From: Marinicella sp.
Lineage (GTDB): Bacteria; Pseudomonadota; Gammaproteobacteria; Xanthomonadales; Marinicellaceae
Assembly: GCA_965230295.1 (NCBI GenBank)
Contig: OZ246001.1
Location: forward strand, 3,488,001-3,552,000
Direction of reading: 5' to 3'
DNA length: 64,000 nucleotides
Part shown: in pieces, positions 40,101-49,545 of the stretch
Numbering within the stretch: position 1 is the first letter of the stretch
Layout: every line of letters starts with the position of its first letter
Translations under genes and position numbers: made by a program
The notes under the pieces: model-generated
The model's database searches: none
Told to the model about the DNA's origin: nothing
The model's input: the letters and a program-made list of their open reading frames with translations, nothing else

Positions 40101-40625
40101 GTGTTCTCTGAATACCGGCATCAACTGGCGGCATGGGTTTGGCACACATTGAAGAAACCATTAACGGCCTTAAATGGGCAAACTTTGGGCAGCATTGCCC
40201 AGTCCCATCGCAGTCATGAGCTGTCATTCTTCTGGCATCAATCAAACACCAATTTAACCGGTTTTATTGATTTGTTTTTTGCCATAGAGGGTGTTGAGCA
40301 GACCGATTATTTCATTTTAGACTGGAAGAGTAATTTAAGTATCCATGGTTACTCCCCCCATGTCTTGGCGGATGAAGTGATGCAAAAACATCAATACAAC
40401 TGGCAGTATCAATTGTACGCATTGGCCATGCAGCGTTGGTTTGATTCTTTGGGGTTGAAAAACGCGCGATTGAAAGGAGCGTTGTATGTTTTTTCACGTG
40501 GAATGGATTGTTTTGAAGCGGCACAAAATGGCGTTTTCTTTGATGATTTTACTCGCAGTGATTGGCGCATTGACGAAATTGAAGCAGATCTGCTGAATTT
40601 TACTCAGTCAGGAATTGACTCATGA
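37152..40625 (+). CDS. recB: Exodeoxyribonuclease V beta subunit
   Basis: EASAGTGKT, IDEFQDTD, GDPKQAIY.FRGAD, nuclease GFIDL...ILDWKSN...Y..QY.LY. Confidence 0.96.
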   Translation: MNEFITLTDPGLVDLNNHGVIEASAGTGKTYTLIELVMRALKEQRLSIDEILLVTFTEPATGELKNRIRARILVELSDPGLSADLSEHLQKALRQLNQASVFTIHGFCHRTLKEYAFEQSAVFESLLVNDHDLRIQILHQIKRGWPADDELVGQLRAYIGDKDIHSVDQLILDLAKQFKPGINDFYPSGDDLSKASVLRQFVSLKNVDMQVLFNEFNALKGLPEDAEDKLWLGIIEPILVRLMRLISEQNFDDVHDYLSEIYQGKTHILPRFFPRKPAVYNNDHKNSCALENRELAPELFAVCNQIDRLNEAVGSVVLAQEVKIIPILLNQLNDKVRQHKLNNGLISYDDMITRLWEQISAEAEQVARHLTHAIRSRYQMVLIDEFQDTDLKQWQIFKQLFLCDSHQLIVIGDPKQAIYGFRGADLNTYHMAVKEIQSSYGGQAYRLHHNYRSTKALVTALNQFFAKDEQGGWFESSEVAVEVPESNLNYSPPKVVDPPHSLAALNLIQVQHDKAVVLKKKLAVKIAQTIKFQLLNQVEVSFKGNTKFIEPGDVCVLVRGKNDAEFIEDELQALGIPFSYHKKQDLYQSVEAIHFQILLTALAEPSRKKRFNNLLISLFFDIKPKDLPHFAHSNSNHINRLWSEVKLASNQKDWVKVFDLMLHNSGALIRHRHNTRRLANIRQLQQQLLDEALQSNCEAKSLLKVFRSWRENSASEEALHHKDTEQSAVKIMTMHISKGLEYPVVFLMGGLNAKNERPKYLKFYDQEQQKTVFDLVGAHQKVFDQQQMEESQQLYYVAMTRAIFMLFLPEVVGEGANKLNGFYAKTVMPRIAQLNLPVHVVKTDQSIQQPHRAKVLQKQLLPTLPDLKHNRSIHLYSFSSLSRIQSNRQESASDLVTTHATESQMAEEMNLNETLEKAVAQVPGGVKTGLALHGIFENVSFKAISQHRDLAALYADDHIMKVVDEQMHLFRLENKPLLNEQGEVFSEYRHQLAAWVWHTLKKPLTALNGQTLGSIAQSHRSHELSFFWHQSNTNLTGFIDLFFAIEGVEQTDYFILDWKSNLSIHGYSPHVLADEVMQKHQYNWQYQLYALAMQRWFDSLGLKNARLKGALYVFSRGMDCFEAAQNGVFFDDFTRSDWRIDEIEADLLNFTQSGIDS

Positions 40626-42607
40626 ACTTTCAAGTTAATGCACAGTTATTAAGCAAATGCTTCAAGGGGTTTACCGTTGATTTTCAACAGCTTGATGCCC
40701 AACTTGATTTAGATTCAGGGCATGTGCTGTTTATCAGGGATTGTTTGAATACTTGGCAAACCAAGGATGAATTGCTGTTATTGGTGCTGCTGTACATGAT
40801 TCACAGCATCAATCAAGGATCAATTTGCATGCTTGCAAATGGTGCTCAATTTGAGAACTATTTGCAACAGCATACCAGCAATACTTCAACAGACACATTG
40901 AAGATTTCTTGGGGTGATTTGAAGATAAACAATGAGCCTGTGGTTTGTGTGGATGGTCAAAGGTTGTACTTCAATAAGTATTGGCATGCCGAACGTCAGC
41001 TGGACTCAGCACTACAGAACTTGTTGGACCATTATTCAGGACTGCTTTTGTCCACACAGACTGTTCATGCGATCGCTTTAGAAGCATTGGATGAATTGAC
41101 TTTCGATGGCATCGAAAACAAACAGATTTTGGCCGTTGTGACTTCATTGCTACAACCCTTTAGCATCATTTCTGGTGGGCCAGGCACCGGCAAAACCACC
41201 ATCATGAGTTCAGTATTGCGTGGCTTATTGAAATCGGGTTATGCGGTATCTGATGTCGTCTTAGCTGCTCCAACGGGCCGCGCGGCTCAACGCATGACTG
41301 AATCCATGCATGATGTGATTCGCAATAATTTAAAGCAACTCAGTGATTTTGACCATGAATTACTGGCCACTGAAGCATCTACCATTCATCGCTTATTGGG
41401 CGCACACCCACACAAAGGTGGATTTCGATATGGGGCCCACCAACAGCTAAAGGCAAAAGTCGTGATCATTGACGAAGTTTCCATGGTTGATCTGATGTTA
41501 ATGAAACAATTGATACAGGCGATTCCTCAAGATTGTCGGGTTATATTATTGGGAGACCAATACCAATTACCATCTGTCAGTTCTGGGGCTGTGTTGGCAG
41601 ATTTATTGCCTCCATCAACCGAAAGTGGTGCCATCAGTCAAGCCATGATGCAGCAATTGACTGAAGTTTTATCAGGGTTCAGTGCCAACAAGGAGATTTT
41701 GGCAGGCTTGTCAGTCACACAGACAGCAAAAAAACTCACTGATAGGTACACCATTCTTGAGGTGTCTAAGCGCAGCAATCAGAAAATTTCGGCCATCAGT
41801 GAACGGGTTAAAGCAGGGCGGGCACAGGCAGTGTTTACAGCAAAAGAATGGCATAAGCTATCAGTATCGGATTTACAGTCAGGTGCATCGATTGATCGTG
41901 ACGGCGTATGTCACTTGCCTTTGTTCTCAGACCAACAACACTGGATTCAATATTGTTTGCAATGGGTGAAACATCAATACTTTGGTGGTAACCGTGCCTT
42001 TCAATCACAGATCAATGCGCTGAAACATTTCAAAGCCACTGACCTCAGTCATCACCATGAATCACTGGATGTTGTTTTTAAGGCCATCAACAGCAATCGA
42101 GTGCTTACATGGGTCAATGATTCTTGGGTGGGCAGCGATTTTCTTAATGAACAACTGTCTGCAATGATGCGTCATAGTCTTGATGTTAAGGGTTTTGGTC
42201 ATCAGTTTCATGGTGCGGTCATCATGATCAAACGCAATGATAACGAACTTAAATTGTTTAATGGAGATGTTGGTGTATTGCTTTTGGATGAGCATGAACA
42301 ATTACACTTGGTAGTCAAAAGCCATTCAAACTATCAGTTGCATCCCCATCACTTGATACCAGAGCATGTGGCAGCCTATGCGATGACCGTACATAAAAGC
42401 CAGGGTTCAGAGTTCGGGCATGTGTTGATGCCATTACCGCAAAACAATCAATATCGGTTGTTGAGCAGAGAAATTTTTTACACAGGGGTGACTCGTGCCA
42501 AACAATCGGTGCAGATTTATGGCAGTGAGGAGGTCATTCAAAAAGCCATCGAAACACAAAGCGTCAGACACAGCGGCTTGTCATTTTGGTACAATCAAAA
42601 CAATTAA
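40622..42607 (+). CDS. recD: Exodeoxyribonuclease V alpha subunit
   Basis: GGPGTGKT, APTGRAA, TIHRLLG, DEVSMVD, AMTVHKSQGSEF, YTGVTRAK. Confidence 0.96.
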   Translation: MNFQVNAQLLSKCFKGFTVDFQQLDAQLDLDSGHVLFIRDCLNTWQTKDELLLLVLLYMIHSINQGSICMLANGAQFENYLQQHTSNTSTDTLKISWGDLKINNEPVVCVDGQRLYFNKYWHAERQLDSALQNLLDHYSGLLLSTQTVHAIALEALDELTFDGIENKQILAVVTSLLQPFSIISGGPGTGKTTIMSSVLRGLLKSGYAVSDVVLAAPTGRAAQRMTESMHDVIRNNLKQLSDFDHELLATEASTIHRLLGAHPHKGGFRYGAHQQLKAKVVIIDEVSMVDLMLMKQLIQAIPQDCRVILLGDQYQLPSVSSGAVLADLLPPSTESGAISQAMMQQLTEVLSGFSANKEILAGLSVTQTAKKLTDRYTILEVSKRSNQKISAISERVKAGRAQAVFTAKEWHKLSVSDLQSGASIDRDGVCHLPLFSDQQHWIQYCLQWVKHQYFGGNRAFQSQINALKHFKATDLSHHHESLDVVFKAINSNRVLTWVNDSWVGSDFLNEQLSAMMRHSLDVKGFGHQFHGAVIMIKRNDNELKLFNGDVGVLLLDEHEQLHLVVKSHSNYQLHPHHLIPEHVAAYAMTVHKSQGSEFGHVLMPLPQNNQYRLLSREIFYTGVTRAKQSVQIYGSEEVIQKAIETQSVRHSGLSFWYNQNN

Positions 42608-42621
42608 ACAGAGGTATAGTG

Positions 42622-42996
42622 ATGCAAAAAGTTCGTGGCGTGGGAGGTTTGTTTTTTATGTGCAAAGAACCTGAAAAACTGGCAGCCTGGTATAAAGAGC
42701 ATTTGGGGTTTGAATTGGACGGCGAGACTTATGGCATGTTTGATCCGAATCAGTGCCAACCATTAGATCGTACCGTATGGAGTACATTCAGTGAAGATTC
42801 GGATTACTTTAAGCCGTCTGATCAGACATTTATGTTTAATTTCATCGTTGATGATGTTGAGGCCATGCTGGCTCAAGTGGTCAAAGCTGGTGCCAGCCAG
42901 GCTGGAGACATCATGAAAGAGTCTTATGGTGATTTTGGCTGGTTTATCGACCCAGCTGGCTTTAAAGTTGAGCTGTGGAAACCCAAGTCATTTTAA
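42622..42996 (+). CDS. VOC/glyoxalase family protein
   Basis: V.GVGG.FF....P..L.AWY..HLG; YG.FGW..DP.G.KVELW. Confidence 0.88.
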   Translation: MQKVRGVGGLFFMCKEPEKLAAWYKEHLGFELDGETYGMFDPNQCQPLDRTVWSTFSEDSDYFKPSDQTFMFNFIVDDVEAMLAQVVKAGASQAGDIMKESYGDFGWFIDPAGFKVELWKPKSF

Positions 42997-43015
42997 ACTT
43001 TAATCAAATAAAACC

Positions 43016-43846
43016 ATGAAATCAATCCAAGACATCCGCATTCGGTTTGTTGGCGCAGGTAATATGGCTGCCAGTTTAATTGGAGGCTTGATCAACAAAG
43101 GCATCACAGCCAGTCAAATCACAGCCAGTGATCCAGGACAGAATCAACGAGACTATATAGAAAAACAGTTTCAAATCCTGACCTATGGAGACAACAATGC
43201 GCATTTTGGCATGCCTGATATTGTTGTCATTGCAGTTAAGCCACAAATCATGAAGCAGGTTCTCGCCAATGTGTCTGAAAGCATAGTGAGAAACAAGCCG
43301 TTGGTCATATCTGTGGCCGCGGGCATCACCACCCAACAAATCAGTCATTGGCTGAACGCTGATTTGCCTGTGGTTCGAACCATGCCCAATACCCCAGCTT
43401 TGATTGGGCAAGGTGCCATTGGTATGTATGCCAATCAAGCGGTCAATGCAGAGCAACTGCAAATGACTGAGCAGGTAATGGATGCTGTGGGTACTTCTAT
43501 TTGGGTGAACGAAGAGTCACAGATTGATGCGGTCACCGCCTTGTCAGGAAGTGGCCCGGCTTATTTCTATATGTTTATGGAGTATTTGCAGCAAGCCGCA
43601 GAAAATTTAGGTCTGGATGAGGCTGATGCAGCCTTGCTGACCAAGAAAACGGCCATTGGTGCAGCCCTGTTGGCAGAAAGAAGTCCTGAGTCATTGAATC
43701 AGTTAAAAGATCGGGTGACCTCTCCCAATGGCACGACAGCTGCTGCACTTGACAGTTTTTCAAAAGATAATATCAAACAAGTCATCGAGCATGCCATTCA
43801 AGCGGCCAATGATCGATCAATAACTTTGTCAAAAGAATTTGATTAA
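43016..43846 (+). CDS. proC: Pyrroline-5-carboxylate reductase
   Basis: GAGNM, AVKPQ, RTMPNTP, SGSGPAY, VTSPNGTT. Confidence 0.98.
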   Translation: MKSIQDIRIRFVGAGNMAASLIGGLINKGITASQITASDPGQNQRDYIEKQFQILTYGDNNAHFGMPDIVVIAVKPQIMKQVLANVSESIVRNKPLVISVAAGITTQQISHWLNADLPVVRTMPNTPALIGQGAIGMYANQAVNAEQLQMTEQVMDAVGTSIWVNEESQIDAVTALSGSGPAYFYMFMEYLQQAAENLGLDEADAALLTKKTAIGAALLAERSPESLNQLKDRVTSPNGTTAAALDSFSKDNIKQVIEHAIQAANDRSITLSKEFD

Positions 43847-43935
43847 AGCATTTGTATACCCTCAAAAAAGCATACCGCCTCAATCTTGACTGGCATATAA
43901 TGGATGGTTGTTGTCAATTTTGTATCTACTGATTC

Positions 43936-46900
43936 ATGCTCAAAACACCCATCAGTTTCAAAGGCCCCAGCGGTCAAATCCAAAGCCTTTTTACTGAAAA
44001 AACCATATTCAAAGCCACCCAAATGCTGTTGGATGACCAGTTGTCAGGGTGGCATTACAACGAGGTTTCACAAGTTTCAAGGGCACGCATTGTCAATCAG
44101 GCTGGTGAGGTCATAGAAGTGAGTATGTTATGGCCCATTGATAAAGAACACACAACCCATGGGGTGAATGCAGGTGAATCAAATTTTGGAACTTGTGGCT
44201 GTGATGCTCCAAAACCTTGTGTTCATTTAGCCGCATTGACCGTGTTCAACAAATCGAAGTTAGATCAGTTGCCACCTTTTACCCAACAGGTTAAGGCGTT
44301 AAGAGACATCAACACAACTTTCATGGCTTGGCTGAATCATCAACGACATGACCCATATCCAGGCATGGCACGACACCGGGTGGCATATATTCTGGATTTG
44401 AATGAAAAGGGACACATCAAAGTCGGTTTGTTCAAAGCTTACCTCAGCCAAGATGATAAATTTCAAGTCAAGGCTGAAATCGACAGCAGTTTGTTTTTCA
44501 GAAAGCAGTTGCCTAAATTTGTCAGCGAGATTGACCAATATGTGATGTATGAAATGAATCAAAATGGTTTGGCCAAGGTGCATCAATTTACGGTTGATCC
44601 AAACCGTGATGAAGACATGCTGTTGATGATCTTTAAATCTCAGCGTTGTTTTTGGAAAGCCTGTTATCGAGCACCAATCAGCCTTGAGGAAGTGGCTGGG
44701 TTCAGTGACAAATCATTGATTCAAATAACACCACATCTTAAATATGCCCTGGCTGAAAATTCAGTTCATCATCTCATCAAGCAAAAAGGCGACGCTGCTT
44801 CATCTATAAAATCATTGTCAGAAACAAGTGAATTTCAGCCTCAACTGAACATCACCTCAACAGTTATGAATTTTGAATGGCGTACAGAGCCGGTGTTGCA
44901 AATGGATGTGGCGCATCCTCAATTCTCCATTGGATCCTCACTTTTTGATTTGGACGATTTGGTAAAGGGCCGCGTAAAAATCAGTCCGGCGCAGTTGGAA
45001 CTGGTGTCTTCATCTTGTTATCAGATTGAAAAATTGATGTCTGTTTATGCAGCTTTTGAGCCACCTGTTAATCAACACTTTCAAATCAATGACCGTTATT
45101 TAGGGGATGATTTCACTGCAATCGCCCCTTTGTTGGTCGCTTTGAAGCAGGCGGGGTGGGTCATTGATATAGCAGCAGATTTTCGACTCAATCATGCCAA
45201 AGCAGACCAATGGTACGTGGAAGTCAATGAATTGAAAAGTGCGGCCGCCCAAGGTTGGTATGACCTTAAAGTTGGGGTTGAAATCGATCAAAAGCAATTC
45301 AACCTGATGCCTTTTTTACTCAAAGCGATAAAAACGGGCGCTTTCGATGCAGTAAAAAATGAATTGATGGTGCAATTAGATAATGGTCTGAATCTCGGTA
45401 TTGATAAACAACAAATCAACCAAATTCTGACAACAATCAATGAGTTGTATGACGGTCAAGGTGATCCTGATCAATTGCTGTTGTCCAAGCATCAACTGGT
45501 GGCTGTGGCACAAGCTCAGCCCAAATGGGAACAAGCCCTGCATGCTGAAGACAGTTCCTTACAATGGTTGGGCCACAAAGAGGTTCAGGAAAAGTCACGA
45601 GCACTTAAGTCCATAGAAAAACTTGAAGAAGCCACTTTGCCAGTTCATTTACGGGCTGAATTAAGGCCCTACCAACACGAAGGCTTTTCATGGTTGTGTT
45701 TTTTAGCCAATCATGGTTTCCATGGATTGTTGGCTGATGACATGGGATTGGGTAAGACCCTACAAACGTTGGCATTCATCCAGGCACAGAAAGAACGACA
45801 GCCCACAATCAGTACCAGCCTTATAGTAGCGCCCACCAGCTTATTAGGTAACTGGGTGGCCGAAGCCAATAAATTCACACCACAGTTAAAAGTGGGGGTG
45901 ATGACAGGGTCGGGCAGACAGACCATGTATGATTCTTTTGAACAGTATGATCTGATTGTGACCAGTTATGGAATCATCAGCCGTGATTTCGTTGACCTGA
46001 ATCGCAAGTCAATCCATTTGTTGGTTTTGGATGAAGCACAAGCCATTAAAAACAGGAAAACTCAAGTGGCACAAATCATCAAGCGTTTATCGCCTGAGCA
46101 TCGCCTGTGTCTCAGTGGTACGCCAGTAGAAAATCATCTGGGTGAGCTGTGGTCAATTTTTGATTTTCTGATGCCCGGTTTTTTGGGAACGGAACGTCAA
46201 TTTCAACAACGGTTTCAATGGCCCATAGAAAAGGAAAATGATGTCAGTAAACTCAATGAATTGCAGTCGCGCATAGCTCCATTTGTATTGCGCAGAACCA
46301 AACAAGAAGTGGCCAAAGAGTTACCAGCCAAAAGTGAGATCATCAAATTCATTGAACTTGATGAATCACAGGCGACCGTCTATGAAAGCATACGACTGAC
46401 CATGGCTGATGAAATTCGCAAAGCCGTTAAAAACCAGCAAAACAATCAGATACTGATTGGCAATGCGTTGTTGCGTTTGCGGCAAGTGTGTTGTCATCCA
46501 CGTTTAGTTCAATTGAAATCCATCGACAATGAGGCCAAATCTGCCAAGTTGAACTGGTTAACCACAGCATTGCCTAACCTGGTTGAAGAAGGTCGAAATA
46601 TTTTGATATTCTCCTCTTTTACGGGCATGTTAGACATCATTGCCAATCAATTGGCATCACTTGGAATTGGTTATTTTGAACTGACAGGAAAAACATCACC
46701 TGCAAAGAGGACTGAGTACATTGCAGGTTTTCAAGCCAGGCAAAGGCCGGTGTTCTTGATCAGCTTAAAAGCCGGAGGTGCAGGTATCAATTTAACGGCT
46801 GCAGACACTGTGATTCATTACGATCCATGGTGGAATCCGGCAGCAGAGCAACAGGCCAGTGACCGGGCTCATCGCATCGGGCAAGACAAACAGGTTTTTG

Positions 46901-47061
46901 TTTACAAACTCATCACACGCGGTACAGTGGAAGAAAAGATTCATCATTTGCAGTTACATAAACAACAGTTGGCAGCAGGTTTGTTATCGAACAGGGCGGA
47001 CATCAGTGAAATCTTGAGTGAACACCAATGGGAAAGTATGCTCAGTCCAATAGACTCCTGA
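43936..47061 (+). CDS. SWIM zinc-finger/SNF2-family helicase
   Basis: CGC..PKPCVH SWIM; LADDMGLGKT, DEAQ, GTPVENHL, SLKAGGAGINL, QASDRAHRIGQ. Confidence 0.93.
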   Translation: MLKTPISFKGPSGQIQSLFTEKTIFKATQMLLDDQLSGWHYNEVSQVSRARIVNQAGEVIEVSMLWPIDKEHTTHGVNAGESNFGTCGCDAPKPCVHLAALTVFNKSKLDQLPPFTQQVKALRDINTTFMAWLNHQRHDPYPGMARHRVAYILDLNEKGHIKVGLFKAYLSQDDKFQVKAEIDSSLFFRKQLPKFVSEIDQYVMYEMNQNGLAKVHQFTVDPNRDEDMLLMIFKSQRCFWKACYRAPISLEEVAGFSDKSLIQITPHLKYALAENSVHHLIKQKGDAASSIKSLSETSEFQPQLNITSTVMNFEWRTEPVLQMDVAHPQFSIGSSLFDLDDLVKGRVKISPAQLELVSSSCYQIEKLMSVYAAFEPPVNQHFQINDRYLGDDFTAIAPLLVALKQAGWVIDIAADFRLNHAKADQWYVEVNELKSAAAQGWYDLKVGVEIDQKQFNLMPFLLKAIKTGAFDAVKNELMVQLDNGLNLGIDKQQINQILTTINELYDGQGDPDQLLLSKHQLVAVAQAQPKWEQALHAEDSSLQWLGHKEVQEKSRALKSIEKLEEATLPVHLRAELRPYQHEGFSWLCFLANHGFHGLLADDMGLGKTLQTLAFIQAQKERQPTISTSLIVAPTSLLGNWVAEANKFTPQLKVGVMTGSGRQTMYDSFEQYDLIVTSYGIISRDFVDLNRKSIHLLVLDEAQAIKNRKTQVAQIIKRLSPEHRLCLSGTPVENHLGELWSIFDFLMPGFLGTERQFQQRFQWPIEKENDVSKLNELQSRIAPFVLRRTKQEVAKELPAKSEIIKFIELDESQATVYESIRLTMADEIRKAVKNQQNNQILIGNALLRLRQVCCHPRLVQLKSIDNEAKSAKLNWLTTALPNLVEEGRNILIFSSFTGMLDIIANQLASLGIGYFELTGKTSPAKRTEYIAGFQARQRPVFLISLKAGGAGINLTAADTVIHYDPWWNPAAEQQASDRAHRIGQDKQVFVYKLITRGTVEEKIHHLQLHKQQLAAGLLSNRADISEILSEHQWESMLSPIDS

Positions 47062-47067
47062 CCCACA

Positions 47068-47544
47068 TCACAGGGGCAATTCCGAAGTGCTTTTCTTTTG
47101 TCTCAGTATTAAATTGGTGTTGGTGGATTGAACGACCCCTACACTCAGTAATTCCCTCATCAAGAAACTTTCCAGTTGTTCAGTGTCTTTGGCGATAACC
47201 TTCATCACGTAGTCAAAGTTTCCGGCTGTTGAATTGCAGTCCAAAATATAGGGACACTGTTCAACGAATTCGTCAAATGTACGCAGTGTGTTCAGTTCAT
47301 GGTTCAACATGGAGACCTGTACATATGCCATGACTGAGAGTTCCAGCATTTTGGGATCGAGCAAAGCCACGTACTTTTTTATATAGCCCTTTTCTTCCAG
47401 CTTTTTAACCCGTCGCCAGCAAGGTGTTTTTGACAGATTTACTTGATCTGCAAGCTCTTGGGTGTTGATGTCGGAATTCTTCTGCAAGGTTTGCAAGATC
47501 ATTAAATCATAGTTGTCTAACTCTTTCATGGAATAATATGCCAT
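47068..47544 (-). CDS. Lrp/AsnC family transcriptional regulator, divergent from phhA
   Basis: LD..D..IL..LQ......ELA..VNLS.TPCWRRVKKLE..GYI. Confidence 0.95.
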   Translation of the reverse strand: MAYYSMKELDNYDLMILQTLQKNSDINTQELADQVNLSKTPCWRRVKKLEEKGYIKKYVALLDPKMLELSVMAYVQVSMLNHELNTLRTFDEFVEQCPYILDCNSTAGNFDYVMKVIAKDTEQLESFLMRELLSVGVVQSTNTNLILRQKKSTSELPL

Positions 47545-47660
47545 TAAAAATCATAAAAATGATACTTTATTCCATAAATGAGGAAATATAAAGAACATTA
47601 GAAATATTGTTTCAAGTATTCTGCATACAATAGACATTCGCTAACATTTTAGATTGATGC

Positions 47661-48476
47661 ATGTCCAGATATACCTCTACTCACTACCAAGCCAAGCAGG
47701 CTGATGCCAATGGTTTGATTAATTACACAGACAGTGAACATGACATGTGGTCTGAATTGTACCAAGCGCAAATCAGTCTGGTTAACCGGTATATGGTCAA
47801 CGAGTATATAGAGGGATTGATCCACATCAACATGCCAAGTCACAGAATACCTCAATGTTCTGAAATCTCTGAAAAATTAAAAAAATTGAATGGCTGGCAA
47901 GTTGAGCCGGTTCCAGCACTGATTGGTTATGGCCGATTTTTTGATATGTTAGCGAACAAAAAATTTCCTGCAGCCTCTTTCATTCGCAGTAAAGAAGATT
48001 TTTCATACGTTAAAGAACCTGATATTTTTCATGAAATATTTGGACATACGCCTTTATTAACCCATCCGCAAGTGGCCGCGTTTTCACAACATATAGGTGA
48101 ATTGGGACGCAATGTCACTGCAGACAACCACGCCTGGCTGGCCCGATTGTATTGGTTTACCATTGAGTTTGGCCTGATCGAATCTAATGATAAAAACAAC
48201 ATCAATGGTGTGGTCCCGATGGGTTCCGGATTAGCGTCTTCTCCCACAGAACTGGTTTATGCGGCCAAAAGTGATACACCTCAACGCAAGCGATTTGATG
48301 TCTTGGATGTTTTGACCACACCTTATCGCATAGACATCAAACAGCCCATTTACTATGTCTTGGAGTCTTTTGACCAGCTCCAGGAAATCACTGAACGTAA
48401 TATTTTGGCTGATATCATCCAAGCCAGACGGATGGGATTACAAAGTCCTCATCAGTCATTGGCCGAAGCCTGTTAA
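47661..48476 (+). CDS. phhA: Phenylalanine 4-monooxygenase
   Basis: EPDIFHEIFGH, LARLYWFTIEFGL, G.G..SS..E. Confidence 0.95.
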   Translation: MSRYTSTHYQAKQADANGLINYTDSEHDMWSELYQAQISLVNRYMVNEYIEGLIHINMPSHRIPQCSEISEKLKKLNGWQVEPVPALIGYGRFFDMLANKKFPAASFIRSKEDFSYVKEPDIFHEIFGHTPLLTHPQVAAFSQHIGELGRNVTADNHAWLARLYWFTIEFGLIESNDKNNINGVVPMGSGLASSPTELVYAAKSDTPQRKRFDVLDVLTTPYRIDIKQPIYYVLESFDQLQEITERNILADIIQARRMGLQSPHQSLAEAC

Positions 48477-48485
48477 AATAGACCT

Positions 48486-48827
48486 ATGGATTCAGATCAA
48501 TTGAAGTCTGCTCAATGTGAGCCTTGCCAAGGTGGTGTGGCTGCCATGGGTATCGACACCGTTAAAGAGTACATGAAATCGATTCATGTTGATTGGCATT
48601 TTATTGAGGAACAGAATGAGATATCAAGGGCATTCAAGTTTAAGAATTTCGGCAAAACCATGTTCTTCGTGAATGCATTGGCCCACATGGCAGACCAACA
48701 AGGACACCACCCTGATGTTGAATTTGGCTACAATTACTGTCGAGTTAAGTTCACCACTCATGAAGCCAAAGGCCTCACCATCAACGATTTTATTTGCGCC
48801 AAACAAGTGGATCTGATTATTTCCTGA
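48486..48827 (+). CDS. phhB: Pterin-4-alpha-carbinolamine dehydratase
   Basis: HHPD...Y.......TH...GL..NDFICA; follows phhA. Confidence 0.95.
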   Translation: MDSDQLKSAQCEPCQGGVAAMGIDTVKEYMKSIHVDWHFIEEQNEISRAFKFKNFGKTMFFVNALAHMADQQGHHPDVEFGYNYCRVKFTTHEAKGLTINDFICAKQVDLIIS

Positions 48828-48962
48828 TATTTTTTGCAAGTCATACAATCTTCATTGTATTTGATGGTAAGATTCAGCCCGTGAGTACAATAGCTGCCCA
48901 CTGAGGCTGTTATCTATAGGAAGCTCGCAAACCTTAAATCCCAAATTTGTATGGAGTACATC

Positions 48963-49499
48963 ATGAAAAATCAATTGAAATGGACCTTCGCTGCACTGTT
49001 TTTGTCTTCAGCTGTTCAAGCCAAGGTCTATGAGTGTATCGAAGTTAATTTGTTTGAAGTCGATCGAGAAAATATTTCTACCAGAGAAATGGCCAGAGCG
49101 GCTGAAATTCCTGATCAAACCATTGCATCAATTCAGACCTATGTGAGGACTGAACTGAACATTGATTCCAATGGATTGAGCGCTAAAAAAGGTGGGGAGA
49201 CAGATTCTTGTGAAAACCCAGATACAACCCTGGAACTCAAAGGTACGATCACTGATTGGAAAAAAGGCAGTCGGGTGATGCGCTATATGGTTGGTTTCGG
49301 AGCGGGAAAACAAAAAATTCAAATCGAAGCGGAACTGTATGACAAAGCCACCGGTGAGTTACTAAAAAAAGACCGTGTCGTTGACCGAAAGATCGGAGGT
49401 TTGATTGGTGGCAGTGAGAACAAAGGCAAGCGCGATTTTGCCGAGAAAATGAATAATTTTGTCCGTGTTGCTCTGGGCATGAAGAAAGCCAAACTGTGA
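48963..49499 (+). CDS. Exported DUF4410-like protein
   Basis: SD ggag; signal peptide; G.IT....GSR..RY.VGFGAG. Confidence 0.75.
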   Translation: MKNQLKWTFAALFLSSAVQAKVYECIEVNLFEVDRENISTREMARAAEIPDQTIASIQTYVRTELNIDSNGLSAKKGGETDSCENPDTTLELKGTITDWKKGSRVMRYMVGFGAGKQKIQIEAELYDKATGELLKKDRVVDRKIGGLIGGSENKGKRDFAEKMNNFVRVALGMKKAKL

Positions 49500-49520
49500 T
49501 GCCATTGGATTGACTCAAAC

Positions 49521-49545
49521 AAAGGCACCGTCTGGTGCCTTTTTT
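49521..49545. terminator. Bidirectional terminator
   Basis: aaaggcacc-gtct-ggtgcctttttt. Confidence 0.85.

Noticed and set aside
33514-47061. Helicase/nuclease cluster as an anti-phage defence island
   Set aside because: Genes are recognisable recC, recB, recD and a common SWIM-SNF2, interleaved with proC; no mobility or defence markers
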